From NCBI RefSeq assembly GCF_902713615.1, contig NC_052160.1, forward strand, positions 94,040,493-94,104,492: a stretch of DNA of 64,000 nucleotides, given 5' to 3'. Shown here one piece after another: positions 1 to 12,771 of the stretch. Origin of the DNA: Scyliorhinus canicula (lineage: Eukaryota). The notes below the pieces were generated by a model. That model worked only from the letters and a program-made list of their open reading frames with translations. It was not told the origin of the DNA and made no database searches. The stretch's first letter is position 1, and each line of letters begins with the position of its first letter. A program made the position numbers and the translations under genes.

Positions 1-1320
1 TGATTGCTTTTAAAGGCTTCCAAGTTCTCTGGCTTCCCAATAATCTTTGCCACTTTGTATGCTTTTTCTTTTGCTTTTATGCTGTCCTTGACTTCCCTCG
101 TCAGCCATGATTGCCTCATCCTCCCCTTAACATATTTCCTCCTCCTTGGAATGAATTTCTATTGTACCTCCTGAATAACTCCCAAAAAACTCCTGCCATT
201 GCTGTTCCACTGTCTTCCCTACTAGGTTCCTCTCCATTCAATTTTGGCCACTCCTCCCTCATGTCTTTGTCGTTGCCTTTACTCAAATGTAAAAGTAACA
301 CAGTTGCTTCACAGCTCCAGGGTTCCAAGTTCAATTCCGGCTTGGGTCACTGTCTGTGTGGAGTTTACACTTTCTCCCCGTGTGAGCGTGGGTTTACTCC
401 GGGTGCTCCGGTTTCCTCCCACAGTCTAGAGATGTTCAGGTTAAGTGGATTGGCCATGCTAAATTGCCCTTAGGGTCCAAAAAGTTTAGGTGGGGTTACT
501 GGATTACGGGGATAGGTTGGAAGTGTGGGCTTAAATAGGGTGCTCTTTCCAAAAACCAGTGCAGACTCGATGGACCAAATGGCCTCCTTCTGCACTGTAC
601 ATTCTACGATTCTATGATTGCTGAGGTCTGTCTCTTTACAAATCGCCAAATCCAGAATTGCGGATTCCCCAGGGCGCCCTACCACAAGCTGCTCCAAAAA
701 ACAATCTTGTAGACATTCCACAAATTCCTGTTCTTGGGATCTGCTACCAAGCTGATTTTCCCAATCCACCTGCATATCGAAGTCCCCCATGATGATTGTA
801 ATATTGCGTTTCTTTCATGCCATTTCTCTCTCCTGATTAATTTTCTGCCCAACATGCTGACTACTGCTAGGGGGCTTGTACATAGCTCCCATCAGGACAT
901 TTTTTTCTTTGCAATCCTCAATTCTACCCACAAAGGTTCTGTGCATTCCGACCCTATATCGCTTCTTGCTATCGATTTAATTTAATTTCTTACTAACAAG
1001 GCAACCCTGCCCGCTCTGCCCATCTGCCTGTCCTTTCGATAGAACACATATCCTTGGATATTTAGATTCCAGCCCTGATCCCCTTGCCGCCACATCTCTG
1101 TGATGCCCACAACATTACCCACCAATCTCAATATGCACTACAAGCTTATTTACCTTGTTTTGTATACTGCGCGCATTTAGATTCAACACCCTCATGTCCG
1201 GCATTGACTGCGCCCTCACTTTTCATAGTTGTCCTCTTTTCTGCCGAGCCTGAAGTTAATACCTGCCATTTGCTATACTCTCTGCTCTATTACATGTTCT
1301 GGAAACTTTACTAACCTGTC
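1..1320 (-). mobile_element. Decayed CR1-clade LINE fragment (endonuclease region of ORF2), interrupted by a SINE at ~297-620
   Basis: Minus-strand ORF 470-790 reads MGDFDMQVDWENQ...EFVECLQDCFLEQLV...AILDL, typical of the CR1 APE endonuclease; frames are broken. Confidence 0.8.
297..620 (+). mobile_element. tRNA-derived V-SINE/HE1-type SINE with CR1-type tail
   Basis: B-box-like agttcaattcc, core gtgtggagtttacactttctccccg...tccggtttcctcccacagtc, tail aaatggcctccttctgcactgta followed by (ttctatg)-like repeats. Confidence 0.85.
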
Positions 1321-2002
1321 CTAAGCCTTCGACCTCTTTAACTAGTTTAAAGTCCGCATCATTAACCTGCAGTTAGTACCGTAAAAAATAGTACATGGTT
1401 TTGTTTCTGCACTGATTGTCTTCACTGCTCTCTCTGTAGATTCTTGCACGGAGTTAGTTATTCTGCATTGTGGCTCAGAAGTCCAAGCCTTTTTAACCAT
1501 ATCCAGTTTTCTGCCTGATCAGAGTCAGGCACAGCAGTGATGTACAGGAGGCCTCCGAATACTGTTCACCTGTGAGACGCAAGGCTAGATTTTAAGACAT
1601 TTCCCATTGCATTTTTCCAAAGGCAAATCAATCACTGCAGCCCAAGGAGCTAATTCTATTTGATTAAATTATCAACTCAGATTGAATCTCGATTTAATAA
1701 GTAACATGGAATTATACTTATTTGCGTTTTTATTAAAAATAATTGGCGGCATTTTGAAAGTACTTGGAAGCTTTCACATGATTAGCCATTTTTTTTGTTA
1801 GCTTTCTGAAACGTCTCATTAATGTTAAGTTTTCATTAGCTACTAGAATGATACATCACTTTCCATTTTGAGCCTTTGGCTGTAATACATATTGTAATGA
1901 TGGGAGCTGTGATGAGAAGTAGAACTTTTAATTTAGTGTTAGTTCGCAAATCTATCCTTTGAATTATTGCGAATGACTCATGCTTTTGGCGTGATATGAA
2001 AG

Positions 2003-2292
2003 ATTTGATTCTCCGTTGGCGGCATTCTCTGTTTCACCGGCAGCGCACTCACGCCCGGGGATTTCCCAATGGCGTAGGGGTGCGCACAATGGGAAACCCC
2101 ATTGGCTCACTGCCGGGACGGAGAATCCTGCTGCCAGTAGGGTCGCACAGCACCAGATATTTTCCAGCCATTCCCACCAGAAGGATCTTCCAGTCCCACA
2201 AACGGTGAACCCCAACGCGGATTCGCCGGCAGCAAGAGCCGCAGGCCAATGGCGTGCCGCCACTGCGAGACATGCATCGGGAAATCCCATCC
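2003..2292. mobile_element. Degenerate short palindromic Harbinger-type MITE(s)
   Basis: gattctcc...ggagaatcc motifs; internal segment shared with the MITEs at 33528 and 59631 (cacaatgggaaacccc). Confidence 0.6.
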
Positions 2293-2396
2293 TGAGGCTT
2301 CAGCATACCCTAATAAACTTCATACCCTCATCATCGATTCCACTCCTCTATCCAGTCGTTTTCCCTAGCTGACTCAGGCTGTTTGTAACCTCAAAA

Positions 2397-3840
2397 TCAC
2401 AAGAAATAGAAGCAGGAGTATGCCACCAGGCCCTTCAAGCCTGCCCTGTCATTCAATATGATCTATTCCGGCCTCAACTCGTTTTCTGTGCCATTTCCCC
2501 ACAAACCTCTATTCCTCGATCAAATATTTATTTACCTCCACTTCAAATAGTTCTAATGATCCAGCCTCCAACCCCCTCTGGGGCAGAGAATTCCAGAGAC
2601 TCGGCATCTTCTGCCAGAAGAAATTTCTATGCTCTTCCGTTTTAAATGACCTGGCCTTTTTCTTGTAGTTCTGTCCCCTTGTTCGAGACCCTCCCACTAG
2701 TGAAAACATCTCACCATCTACCCTATCAAATCCCCTCAGGGTCCTCTCCATTTGAATAGGGTTACCCCTCACTCGTCTCCAAGGAATATAGACTCAGACT
2801 ATTTTATCTCTCTTGATAGGTTAACTCTCTCTCAGGAATTAGCCTGGTGAATCTTCTTTGGACTACCTCCAATGTTACTATGTCCTTTTTTAGGTAAGGG
2901 GATGAAAACTGTATGCAGTATTCCAGGCCTCACCAACACCCTGTACAATTGCAACAAAGCCTCCCTATTTTTAAACTCCAACCACTTTGCAATAAAGGCC
3001 AAAGTGCCATTTGCCTTCTTACCCATCTGTTGGACCTGCGTTCTAGTTTTTTTGTGATTCATGTAGAACATTTAGATCCCTATGTACTTCTCTCACCTGC
3101 AGTCTCTCTCAATTTAGATAATAATCTGCCTTTTGATTCCTCCTCCTGCAGTGCATGACCTCACATTCCCCACATTAAACTCCATTTGCCAGGTTTTCGC
3201 TCAGTCACCCAATCTATCTGTATCCTATTGCAGAATCACAATATCCTCATCACATCATGCCCTTCCACCTATTTTTGTATTGGCAAATTTGGAAACCATA
3301 CATTCTGTTCCTTTATCTAGGTCATTAATGTAACTAGTGAAACATTGCGGGCAAAGAACTGATCCCTGCAGTACTCCACAGTTGCATATTTCCACTCTGA
3401 GAATGGCCCATTCATTCCAAATCTGTTTTCTATATGACATCCAGTTTTCAATCCATGTTAATATACTTCCAATTCCATGGGTTTTTATATTATACAGCAG
3501 CCTCTTTTGTGGCACCTTGTCAAATGCCTTTTGGAAATCTAAATACACTACATCTACAGGTTCCCCTCTATCCACTCTTTCTGTTACATCCTCCAAGAAT
3601 TTGAGCAAATTTGTCAAACATGGTTTACCTTTTATAAAATCATGTTGACTAGATTTGATTATATTCAGCTTTCCAAAATGATTAGCTATTTCCTCTTTGA
3701 TTATTGACTCTAGCATCTTGCCAATAATAGATGTTAAACTAACTGGTCTATAGTTTCCTGCTTTCTGTCTTTCTCCCTTTTTGAACAAGGGGGCACATTA
3801 GCTTTTGCCAATCTTCCGGTACCCTCCTGGAATTGAGTGA
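2397..3840 (-). mobile_element. 5'-truncated CR1 LINE: RT domain and 3' UTR
   Basis: ORF 3255-3788 has NYRPVSLTSIIGKMLESII, VDVVYLDFQKAFDKVP and GVLQGSVL; C-terminal WNSLP motif in 2509-2772; frameshifted. Confidence 0.92.
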
Positions 3841-3849
3841 GTTACGAAA

Positions 3850-4087
3850 AATTCCCGTCCAAGTTACTCACCATCCTGACTTGGAACTATGTCGCTGTTC
3901 CTTCACTGTCGCTGGGTCACAATCCTGGAACTCCCTCCATAACAATACAGTGGGTGCACCTACACCTCAGGGACTACAGTGGTTCAAGAAGACAGCTCAC
4001 CACCACCATCTGAAGGGCAACTAGGGATGGGAAATGAATGCTGGCCTAGCCAGCGGTGCCCACATCCCGTAAATGAATTTTTTAAAA
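3850..4087 (+). mobile_element. 3' end of a second LINE family (CR1/L2 group)
   Basis: Encodes SFTVAGSQSWNSL...WFKKTAHHHHLKGN*; related copies at ~58200-58475 (+) and ~61450-62470 (-). Confidence 0.7.
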
Positions 4088-4116
4088 CCCTCATTCATAT
4101 CCAAAATCCACTATTT

Positions 4117-4328
4117 CAAAATAAAATAGAAAATGCTGGAAAAACACAGCTGGTCTGGCAGCATCTGTGGAGAGAGCAAAACAGAATTAACGTTTCAAGT
4201 CCAGGGGACTTTTCTTCAGTCATACCGACTCAACACGTTAACTCTGTTTCTCGCCCCTCAAATGCTGACAGACCTGCTGAATTTTCCAGCATTTTCTGTT
4301 TAGATTTCAGATTCCCAGCATCCAGAGT
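4117..4328. mobile_element. Penelope-like element terminus in inverted-repeat form (degenerate)
   Basis: Arms gaaaatgctggaaaa...ggcagcatctgtggagagag and ...acagacctgctgaattttccagcattttc; same family as 8982-9225. Confidence 0.65.
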
Positions 4329-4329
4329 C

Positions 4330-4971
4330 ATTTTGAGGCGATGTCCGGAGGGTCCGTGGTGTTTTACGTGGGAAAAATCGGCGCCGTGCCAGTACCGATC
4401 TCCCAACCGGTGAAGTGCTAGCAGCCGCGCCACGTAGAACGCTCGGCCTCCACGAAATAAACAACAGGAGAATTGCCGGGTTCGTGACCAGCATGCGCAC
4501 AGCGATGACCTGCAGCGGTCGCGCCGTACAACATCGCTCCGCCCATGCACGGATTCGATCTGCCAGATAAAGCCTCCTGGACATCCCCCAGCCACCATGT
4601 GGCCAGCCTTCACCAGTCCCCCCAGCGCTCCACGAAGTCGCCCCGGCCAACAGAATGTCTCCCGCCCAACTGTGGCGGTGCTGGACACAGTCCGCAGCCG
4701 CCACGCCAGGTTCCCGACCGCTGAGACCACACGTCAACTGCACGGTCGTAAACTTGGCACGTGGGGGTGGAGCATCTAGAGAGGGCATTAAGGTGAAGTC
4801 CTGATTCCGTCCCAATGGTGTGCGGCGGGTGGCAGGATGACGTTGTCTTGGAGGGGGCGGAGCATGCACAACCTGGTAGTACAGGGACCGCCCCCAATTT
4901 GGTATTAAAAATGGATTCTCCGTCCGATCGCCAACTCTGAAATCGCCGTCAGGAAACAGAAAATCCCGCCC
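4330..4971. mobile_element. Partial GC-rich Harbinger-type MITE
   Basis: Ends in aaaatcccgccc (TIR); internal sequence shared with 28765-29353 and ~34910-34980. Confidence 0.6.
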
Positions 4972-5157
4972 CTGGTGAGTGATGCAGGGTGAAGCCAGCA
5001 GCACTGGTTCAATTCCCATACTGGCTGAGGTTATTCATGAAGACCCTGCCTTTTCAGCCTTGCCCCTCGCCTGAGGTGTGGAAATCACCACCAATCAGCT
5101 CACCCCCTTCAAAGGGGAAAGCAGCCTGCAGTTGTCTGGGAATATGGTGACTTTACT
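4972..5157 (+). mobile_element. Short tRNA-derived SINE (different family)
   Basis: B-box ggttcaattccc, body ctggctgaggttattcatgaag...ttgcccctcgcctgaggtgtgg, ending ggtgactttac. Confidence 0.6.
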
Positions 5158-5359
5158 AGTCAGCATCCTTTTTTTTGTACTGAAGAAATTGGCAGGAAAG
5201 TGGAAAACGGTGTCTCCACACACTGCATGGTATCAGCCTGAGAGTGGCACAGCTCACCGGGTTGTTTGGTGCCACGTTAACCCCCATACCCCATTGGCAT
5301 TTATCGCCATGTTATTTCCTCAGACAATCCCCATTAACTCAGCTTACATGGTGGAACTG

Positions 5360-5822
5360 GCACCTCTGTGTCATCTTTCAATTGAAATGTTTAACCAAAG
5401 CCTCACCTTCCCTCTCGAGTGGATCTAAAAGATCCAATGGATCTATTGAGGAACAGGGGTGTTCTCAGTGTCCAGGCCAATACTTATCCCACAACTAACA
5501 TCGGAAACAAAGGCAGGGACTGGTCCCAGGAGCAGGGACTGAATCTCAGGCCAGGAACTGAAGCCACCCATTAGATCCCAGCTACAAACCCCAAACCCAG
5601 GAACTAATCCCCAAAATCAAGCACTGGTGGCATGACATTTAGCTCATTGCTGTTTGTTATGGAAACTGGCTGATGCATTTTCTGCATGACAATATTGACT
5701 ATACTACCACTAATAAAATAAACTACTACTAATAAAACACTACTACTACAGGTTAACCCCGCTGAGCGATGAGCGCTGGGTCATCCTGAGCTTGTGAAAG
5801 GTGCCACAAAAGTCTTTGCTTT
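5360..5822 (+). mobile_element. DeuSINE (SacSINE1/AmnSINE1-like) relic with small insertions
   Basis: Deu-domain-like ctctcgagtggatctaaaagatccaatgg...ggtgttctcagtgtccaggccaatacttatcccacaactaacatc, later cattgctgtttg and cctgagcttgtgaaaggtgc. Confidence 0.7.
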
Positions 5823-5994
5823 GCAGATTTTAACAGTGCAACTTCATGAGTACATCTTTTGCATTTGTTATTTATCAATTAGTGCTGGCAAGAACACACT
5901 AAAGTCATTTTTTCACACATTAGCGGAATGTCAGTGCAAAGCTTACACACAGATCAACCTTTGTACCACATAATGATAGTGCATTCATTACTCT

Positions 5995-6167
5995 AGCCAG
6001 ATAGACAGAGTTTTAATCAGTGAGGGCAACAAGGATCATGGGGATAAGGAGGGAAAGTATAATTGAAGATTATCAGATCAGATCAGTCATGATCTCTTGA
6101 ATGGCGGAGCAGACTCGATGGGATGAATGGCCTACTTCTGCTCCCACGTCTTATGACCTGATGGCCT
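5995..6167 (+). mobile_element. CR1 3' terminal fragment
   Basis: gatcagtcatgatctcttgaatggcggagcagactcgatgggatgaatggcctacttctgctcc tail. Confidence 0.75.
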
Positions 6168-6514
6168 AATTGCCTTGGTTGGCAAGTGGGCCCACTCACT
6201 CAGAAACGCTCAATTCTTCCAGCTGCATCTGGTATTTGTCAATCATTATAAAACTGAAGTTTTTAAATAATATGACCACAGTTAAATGGAATCTACAAAT
6301 TCCTAAACTACCTTCCTTGATAAATAAACGTGGGGAATATATCACGAATGATTAGCCAGAGTGCACTGGTGCCTTCATATCAACTGTTAGAAATATGCCG
6401 TCTTGACACTGAGTGAGGTAACAGATTTCTTACACGTGATCAGCCTGACATGGACTGGATTTTCCAGGCAATATGAAGGTAGGGTCGTAAGAAGAGCGGC
6501 AGTGTAAAGAACAT

Positions 6515-7206
6515 GGGCGGGATTCTCCCGCACCCGGCGGAGCGGGGGGTCCTGGCAGGACGGAGTGGCGTGAACCACTCCGGCGTCAGCCCGCCCCCCG
6601 CACCTTCAGGGGCTAGGCCGGCGCCGGAGTGGTTTGCGCCCCGCCGGCCTGCGTGGAAGGCCTTTGGCACCTCGCCAGCCGGGGCCAAAGGGACTCCACC
6701 AGCTGACGCAGGGCGCGCATGCGCAGAAGCGTCAGCGTCTGCTGACGTCATCCCCGCGCATGCGCGGGGGGGGGTTCACCTTTGCGCCGGCCATCGTGGA
6801 GGCTTACACGGCTGGCGCAGAGGAATAGAGTGCCCCCAAGGCACAGGCCCGCGCACGGATCTGTGGGCCCCGATTGCAGGCCAGGCCACCGTGGGGGCAT
6901 CCCCCGGGGCCAGATCGCCCTGCACCCCCCCAAGGACCTCAGAGCCCACCCGCACCGCCAGGTCCCGCCGGTGAGGGACCTCATCTAATTTCTGCCCGCG
7001 GGACCTGCATTGAATGAGCAGGACTTCGGCCCATCGCGGGCCGGAGAATCGCCGGGGTGGCCGCTTCCAGCGGCTACCGACAGGCGTGGCGCGATTCCCG
7101 CCCCGCCAAATCTCTGGCGCCAGAGAATTCGGCAGCTAGCGGGGGCAGGATTCACGCCGCCACGTGGCGATTCTCCGACCCGGCAGGGGGTCGGAGAATC
7201 CCGCCC
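6515..7206. mobile_element. Complete Harbinger-type MITE with CAT TSD, inserted in a CR1 tail
   Basis: Perfect 14-bp TIR gggcgggattctcc / ggagaatcccgccc; CAT at 6512-6514 and 7207-7209; removing it restores aagaacataagatttaggag. Confidence 0.9.
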
Positions 7207-8981
7207 CATAAGATTTAGGAGAAAAAATAGGCCATTTGGCCTATCTAGTCTGGTCCACTATTCAATGAGATCAACAGGAGTGTCATGTCTGTGTATCACT
7301 TCAGGGTAGCCACACCCCCATCCACGCTTCAGGGAGACCTTTCCTGGGAACCAGGGTTGGCTTATCTGGTCCACAGAGCTAGTCAGCCAATTAGTCCAAG
7401 GAAGGCCCCATTTAGAAAAGTGGGTGGGATTTTACAGCTGTTCCTGCTGCAGGATATTCCTGGCCTGCTTATGGTGACACCCTGCCACCCCTCGCCACTC
7501 CCCCGCCCCCCAAAGCTCCTCCGCCACAGGTTCCTTGGTGGTGGAGAATGTGAACAATGAGAAACCCTGTTGGCAGGAGCAGGACTGAAAGATCTTGTCA
7601 CCAGCCAATGGTGGGCAGCCTCCGCAAAACACGCTGCGGAGGGGGGGTGGGGGGGGGGGGGGCGGGTAGGGTGGGAAAATGCACACAGTGTTTGAGATGA
7701 TGCTGATATAACATCGGAATGACTTCGACCCACCACCATGTCACCAGCTCAGCCAAGGTGGTTTGCCAGAGGGTGAATGGAGCTGGAGGTCGCATGTCCA
7801 AATGACGGCACTGCGGGAATGATAAGCTACAACCCCATCTATGAATAGCCCTGTGGAGGGGTTGCCCCCACAATCCAATAGTCCGACTGTCTTCAGGCCT
7901 CTTTCATTTGTAACTCCAATGCTGGCAGCTAAGGCAGTCTCCGTGCTGAGGAGTCCTCACGCTCACCTGCCTGCCTCAGAAGCACCCATCTCACCAGGCT
8001 GATATGGCCAGCTCTCTGGTTGGTTGTGCAGCATCAGCAACTCACCAACTCTCCTTAACAGGAGGCAGCCAATGAGGAAGGCACCTCCCAGAATGCTGCA
8101 GCTCCTAGTAGAGCACTGTTGGCAATGAACCCACGTATGGGGCCAGAATCTGTTGTCCTGATGCCCGCAGGAAAACACAGCCCGTCATTTCTGGTTGCAA
8201 TTCCAGAGTCTCCTACATCTCCTCCCATGACTGATGACAATGGGGAGGTGGTGGACTGGTTCAGGGTGATACCTTACAGAAACTCATACCATTCTCTTTC
8301 CTGCTGCTGAATGGTGCTGTCCAGTGTTCCAGTCACCTGATTTAAAATGGTGGACAGTTGAGGACAAAAGTTCGCCACTGGTGCAAACCCTCAAGCTAGT
8401 TTCCGTTGATTGTTTAGGCTAATGGGGAATGCAATGATAAAAGAAGTACTAGATACCTGCTGAATGCAGCTGTGGACGCCAGGCTGGGGCATCTTACCTG
8501 AAGCAGGAGCCAGTGGTGAAGAAAGGAAGGGCTATGCTCTCCAAATGGATCCTGCGTGCGCCTCCTCTGAGCATCTCTCCTCACCTGCTGTCTTCTGAGA
8601 GGTGTTGCTGCTGCTCCCCTAGCTCCGACTCTATCGATCCAAAACAAGAGCAAAAAATGTGGCACTTAAAAGTCCAGGAAGTTCAAGGACAAGGAATAGT
8701 GAGAAAGAAATGACTCAGAAACTGGAAAGACATGACTGTCTGGGTGACTGGAAGCCTCTTATGGACACCTCCAGTGGTTCAAAAACAATAATCCCACCAC
8801 GTTTTACTGGAAGATTGGGTTTTGAGCAGGTGTGGACTTAAGTACGGTGCTCTTTCCAAGGGCCGGTGCAGACTTGATGGGCCAAATGGCCTAATTCTAC
8901 ACTGTAAATTCTATGACCATTTGCAACGTCTCTGTACATGAGCAGAGATTTTTTTTCCTTGACTGTCTTTTAGATTAATTA

Positions 8982-9225
8982 ACGAAAGAGAAACTGTTGG
9001 AAAATCTCAGCAAGTTTGGCAGCATCTATAGGGAGAGAAAAGAGCTAACGTTTCGAGTTCGATGACTCTTTGTCAAAGATGCCTTCAAACCCAGCTTTGA
9101 CAAAGAGTGATCGGACTCGAAACGTTAGCTCTTTTCTCTCCCTACAGATGCTGCCAGACTTGCTGAGATTTTCCAACATTTTCTCTTTCGCTTCAGATTC
9201 CAGCATCCGCAGTAATTTGCTTTTC
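8982..9225. mobile_element. Penelope-like element terminus: ~95-bp inverted repeat carrying degenerate hammerhead motifs
   Basis: Arms ~8983-9078 and ~9095-9190; flanking direct repeat tttt(a/g)gattaatta; hammerhead-like core at 9097-9126. Confidence 0.75.
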
Positions 9226-10739
9226 TTTTGGATTAATTATGTCCACTTTCTGTACTTGTTAACCACGCATAATGACCAGTTACCTCCTGCAGTTACAAAA
9301 ATGGAAAAATCGCCCAGATGTAACATTCAATTGTCCAAAATAGCCTGGGAAATGTAAATCGCAACTGAAAAAAAATCACACAACTGTAATTTGTCCAATT
9401 TGACAGCTATCTACGCAAGGGCAGCTTTGAAGAGGCTGCAAGTCCTTTTTTCATTCAATGCATCTGAATTAGCTTAGTCTTTACCCGGAAACCTTGCAAG
9501 CAAAATATAGATATAGTTCACAGGGGGGGGGGGGGGGGGGGGGGGTGGATGCCATAACACAGGTACGCTAAATCAGATGGGGGTGGGGGTATTATCCAGC
9601 CCACTGATTCGGGAAGAATAATTCAGGGAATTCATTTTAATAAGGACATGGTAGTCCACACTGAGTAAAATAAGAACAAAGACAAGCATTCCCACCCCAT
9701 AGGTCCCGTGCGGGATGTTACGTTCTTCCCCGCCAGTCCGAAGACCCCTAGATGAGCAAGGAGGTGGCGAAGGAGGAACAGGAGGAGGACCTCGGAGTCT
9801 CTTCAGCTCTGCGAAGTCCATAAGGAGTTGATGAGCCGGATCAGTTGGCTTATACACAGCCGGTGAATGCCCTCGATGGCAGGAACAACGTGGCAGATGA
9901 TCGTCAGGAGTCGGCATTCGAGAACTCAGAGGTCTGCATCTCCATTTTGAAGTCGAAAGACGCAATGTCGGGCATGTCACTGTCGAGAGAGACTGGAGGC
10001 ATCACAAGAGGCTGGTTCGGCAATGGAGCTGGAGGATCCAGGGCAGGCTTCTTTCCAGGGACATCACGAGGGAGCAACCGCCATGAGGGAATATGATCCA
10101 GGTGTCGCTTCATTAGTTGCCCCCGGCCCCAAACTTGGGAAGAGATTGGTTCTGTTTGACAGACAACAATCCCAGAGAGCCAGCGAGCACTGTTGTTGAA
10201 GTTTTGAAATGAACGTCGCGTCAGCAGGTGCGAAGCGGCAAAGAGGTCGACGTCAAACTGGGCGAGGCCCTTGCAAATCCTGGTTACGCTGCACCTTTGC
10301 GCCAATGTCCGCGAGATACAAACTCCATCGTGTACGAAGTCTACGACCCATTAACATCTCAGCGAAGGCTACCCCAGTTAATGCGGGCGTGGTCCTGCAC
10401 GAGAATAAATATCTTGCCAGTCTTGTGTCCATCGAGCCGGATGTCTGTTTCTTGATCACCCATTTAACCTTCTGCATGGCCCTCCCTGCCACACCATTAT
10501 GGTATGAGATGGGGCGGACATGGCAAAACCCATTGCTCTTCACAAAAGAGGCAAACTCTTCACTTGTGAAAGAGGCCCCTTTATCGGTCACAAATACCTC
10601 TGGGATTCCGTGGGTGGAAAACGAAATGCGCAATCACTCAATGTTCACCCAGGAAGTGATTGTTGCCATCTTTTGGCCTTCCAGACACTTTGAGTGGATG
10701 TCGACTTTGAGTAGGATGAGAAACATCAACTGAAGAAGA

Positions 10740-12158
10740 GAACATAAGAATTAGGAGCAGGAGTAGGCCATCTTGCCCCCCTGCTCCGCCATTCAATGAG
10801 ATCATGGCTGATCTTTTATGGACTCAGCTCCACTTTCCGGCCCGAACACCATAACCCTTAATCCCTTTATTCTTCAAAAAATTATCTATCTTTATCTTAA
10901 AAACATTTAATGAAGGAGCCTCAAGTGCTTCACTGGGCAAGGAATTCCATAGATTCACAGCCCTTTGGGTAAAGAAGTTCCTCCGAAACTCAGTCCGAAA
11001 TCTACTTCCCCTTATTTTGAGGCTATGTCCCCTAGTTCTGCTTTCACCCGCCAGTGGAAACAACCTGCCCGCATCTATCCTATCTATTCCCTTCATAATT
11101 TTATATGTTTCTATAAGATCCCCCTCATCCTTCTAAATTCCAACGAGTACAGTCGCAGTCTACTTAACCTCTCCTCGTAATCCAATCCCTTCAGCTCTGG
11201 GATTAACCTAGTGAATCTCCTCTGCACACCCTCCAGCACCAGTACGTCCTTTCTCAGGTAAGGAGACCAAAACTGAACACAATACTCCAGGTGTGGCCTC
11301 ACTAACACCTTATACAATTGCAGCATAACCTTCCTAGTCTTAAACTCCATCCCTCCAGCAATGAAGGACAAAATTCCATTTGCCTTCTTAATCACCTGTT
11401 GCACCAGTAAACCAACTTTTTGCGACTCATGCACTAGCACACCCAGGTCTCTCTGCACAGCAGCATGTTCTAATATTTTGCATTTAAATAATAATCCCTT
11501 TTGCTGTTATTCCTACCAAAATGTACATTGTATTCCATCTGCCAGACCTTAGCCCATTCACTTAACCTATCCAAATCCCTCTGCAGACTTCCAGGATCCT
11601 CTGCACTTTTTGCTTTACCACTCATCTTAGTGTCGTCTGCAAACTTGGACACATTGCCCTTGGTCCCCAACTCCAAACCATCTATGTAAATTGTGAACAA
11701 TTGTGGGCCCAACACTGATTCCTGAGGGACACCACTAGCTACTGATTGCCAACGAGAGAAACACCCATTAATCCCCATTCTTTGCTTTCTATTAATTAAC
11801 CAATCCTCTATCCATGCTACTACTTTGCCCTTAATGCCATGCATCTTTATCTTATGCAGCAACTTTTGTGTGGCACCTTGTCAAAGGCTTTCTGGAAATC
11901 CAGATATACCACATCCATTGGCTGCCCGTTATCTACTGCACTGGTAATGTCCTCAAAAAATTCTACTAAATTAGTTAGGCACGACCTGCCCTTTATGAAC
12001 CCATGCTGCGTCTGCCCAATGGGACAATTTCCATCCAGATACCTCACTATTTCTTCCTTGATGATAGATTCCAGCATCTTCCCTACTACCAAAGTTAAGC
12101 TCACTGGCCTATAATTACCCGCTTTCTGCCTACCTCCTTTTTTAAACAGTGGTGTCAC
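10740..12158 (-). mobile_element. 5'-truncated CR1 LINE nested in the Gypsy integrase region
   Basis: RT motifs NYRPVSLT, YLDFQKAFDKVPH, KFADDTK, LVRPHLEYCVQFWSP; 3' tail gaacataagaattaggagcaggagtaggcc. Confidence 0.92.
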
Positions 12159-12771
12159 GAGCAGCAAACAGCAAAACTGGCTTCTGGTGCTCTTGAAAGA
12201 TGGAACACTGCTGGGCCAAAAACTCAATATCCTTGTCCAATCCTGTTCACCAGACGTAGCTTCTCACCAGCATCTTCATTTTGGACACTCTGGGATGTCC
12301 ACTGTGAAGATCCTTCAGCATGGCAGCGTGTCCCGCACTACGGCAACAGCCCTGGTCCCTCACAGGAGGATGCTGTCCTCCATAGTCAACTCCAACATTT
12401 TTGAGGAGAAGGCCTTCAACGTCACGGTAGCTTCACACCAATCAGCGCACTTGGCAAGTACAAGGTTGGTTTGCATCCAGTCACAAACACACAAGGCAGT
12501 GACAGGCAAGGAGTCCATGAAATTCAGGATGGCAATCACTTCGTCCATCGAAGTTTGCGGATTTGACCTGCAGGGGAAGACGGCTCAACACATCAGCATG
12601 AGCAATCTTGGTCCCTGGGCGCTGGGCGGTGCTCGAAAGAGTATTTAAAAGCAGTCAATAACAGAACCCAGCGCTGAATCCCTGCAGACGCTATTGATGG
12701 GATTGCCTTGTTTTCACGGAAGAGTCAGAGTAATGGGTTGTGACCTGTGATGATAAAACAAATGGCGGCCA

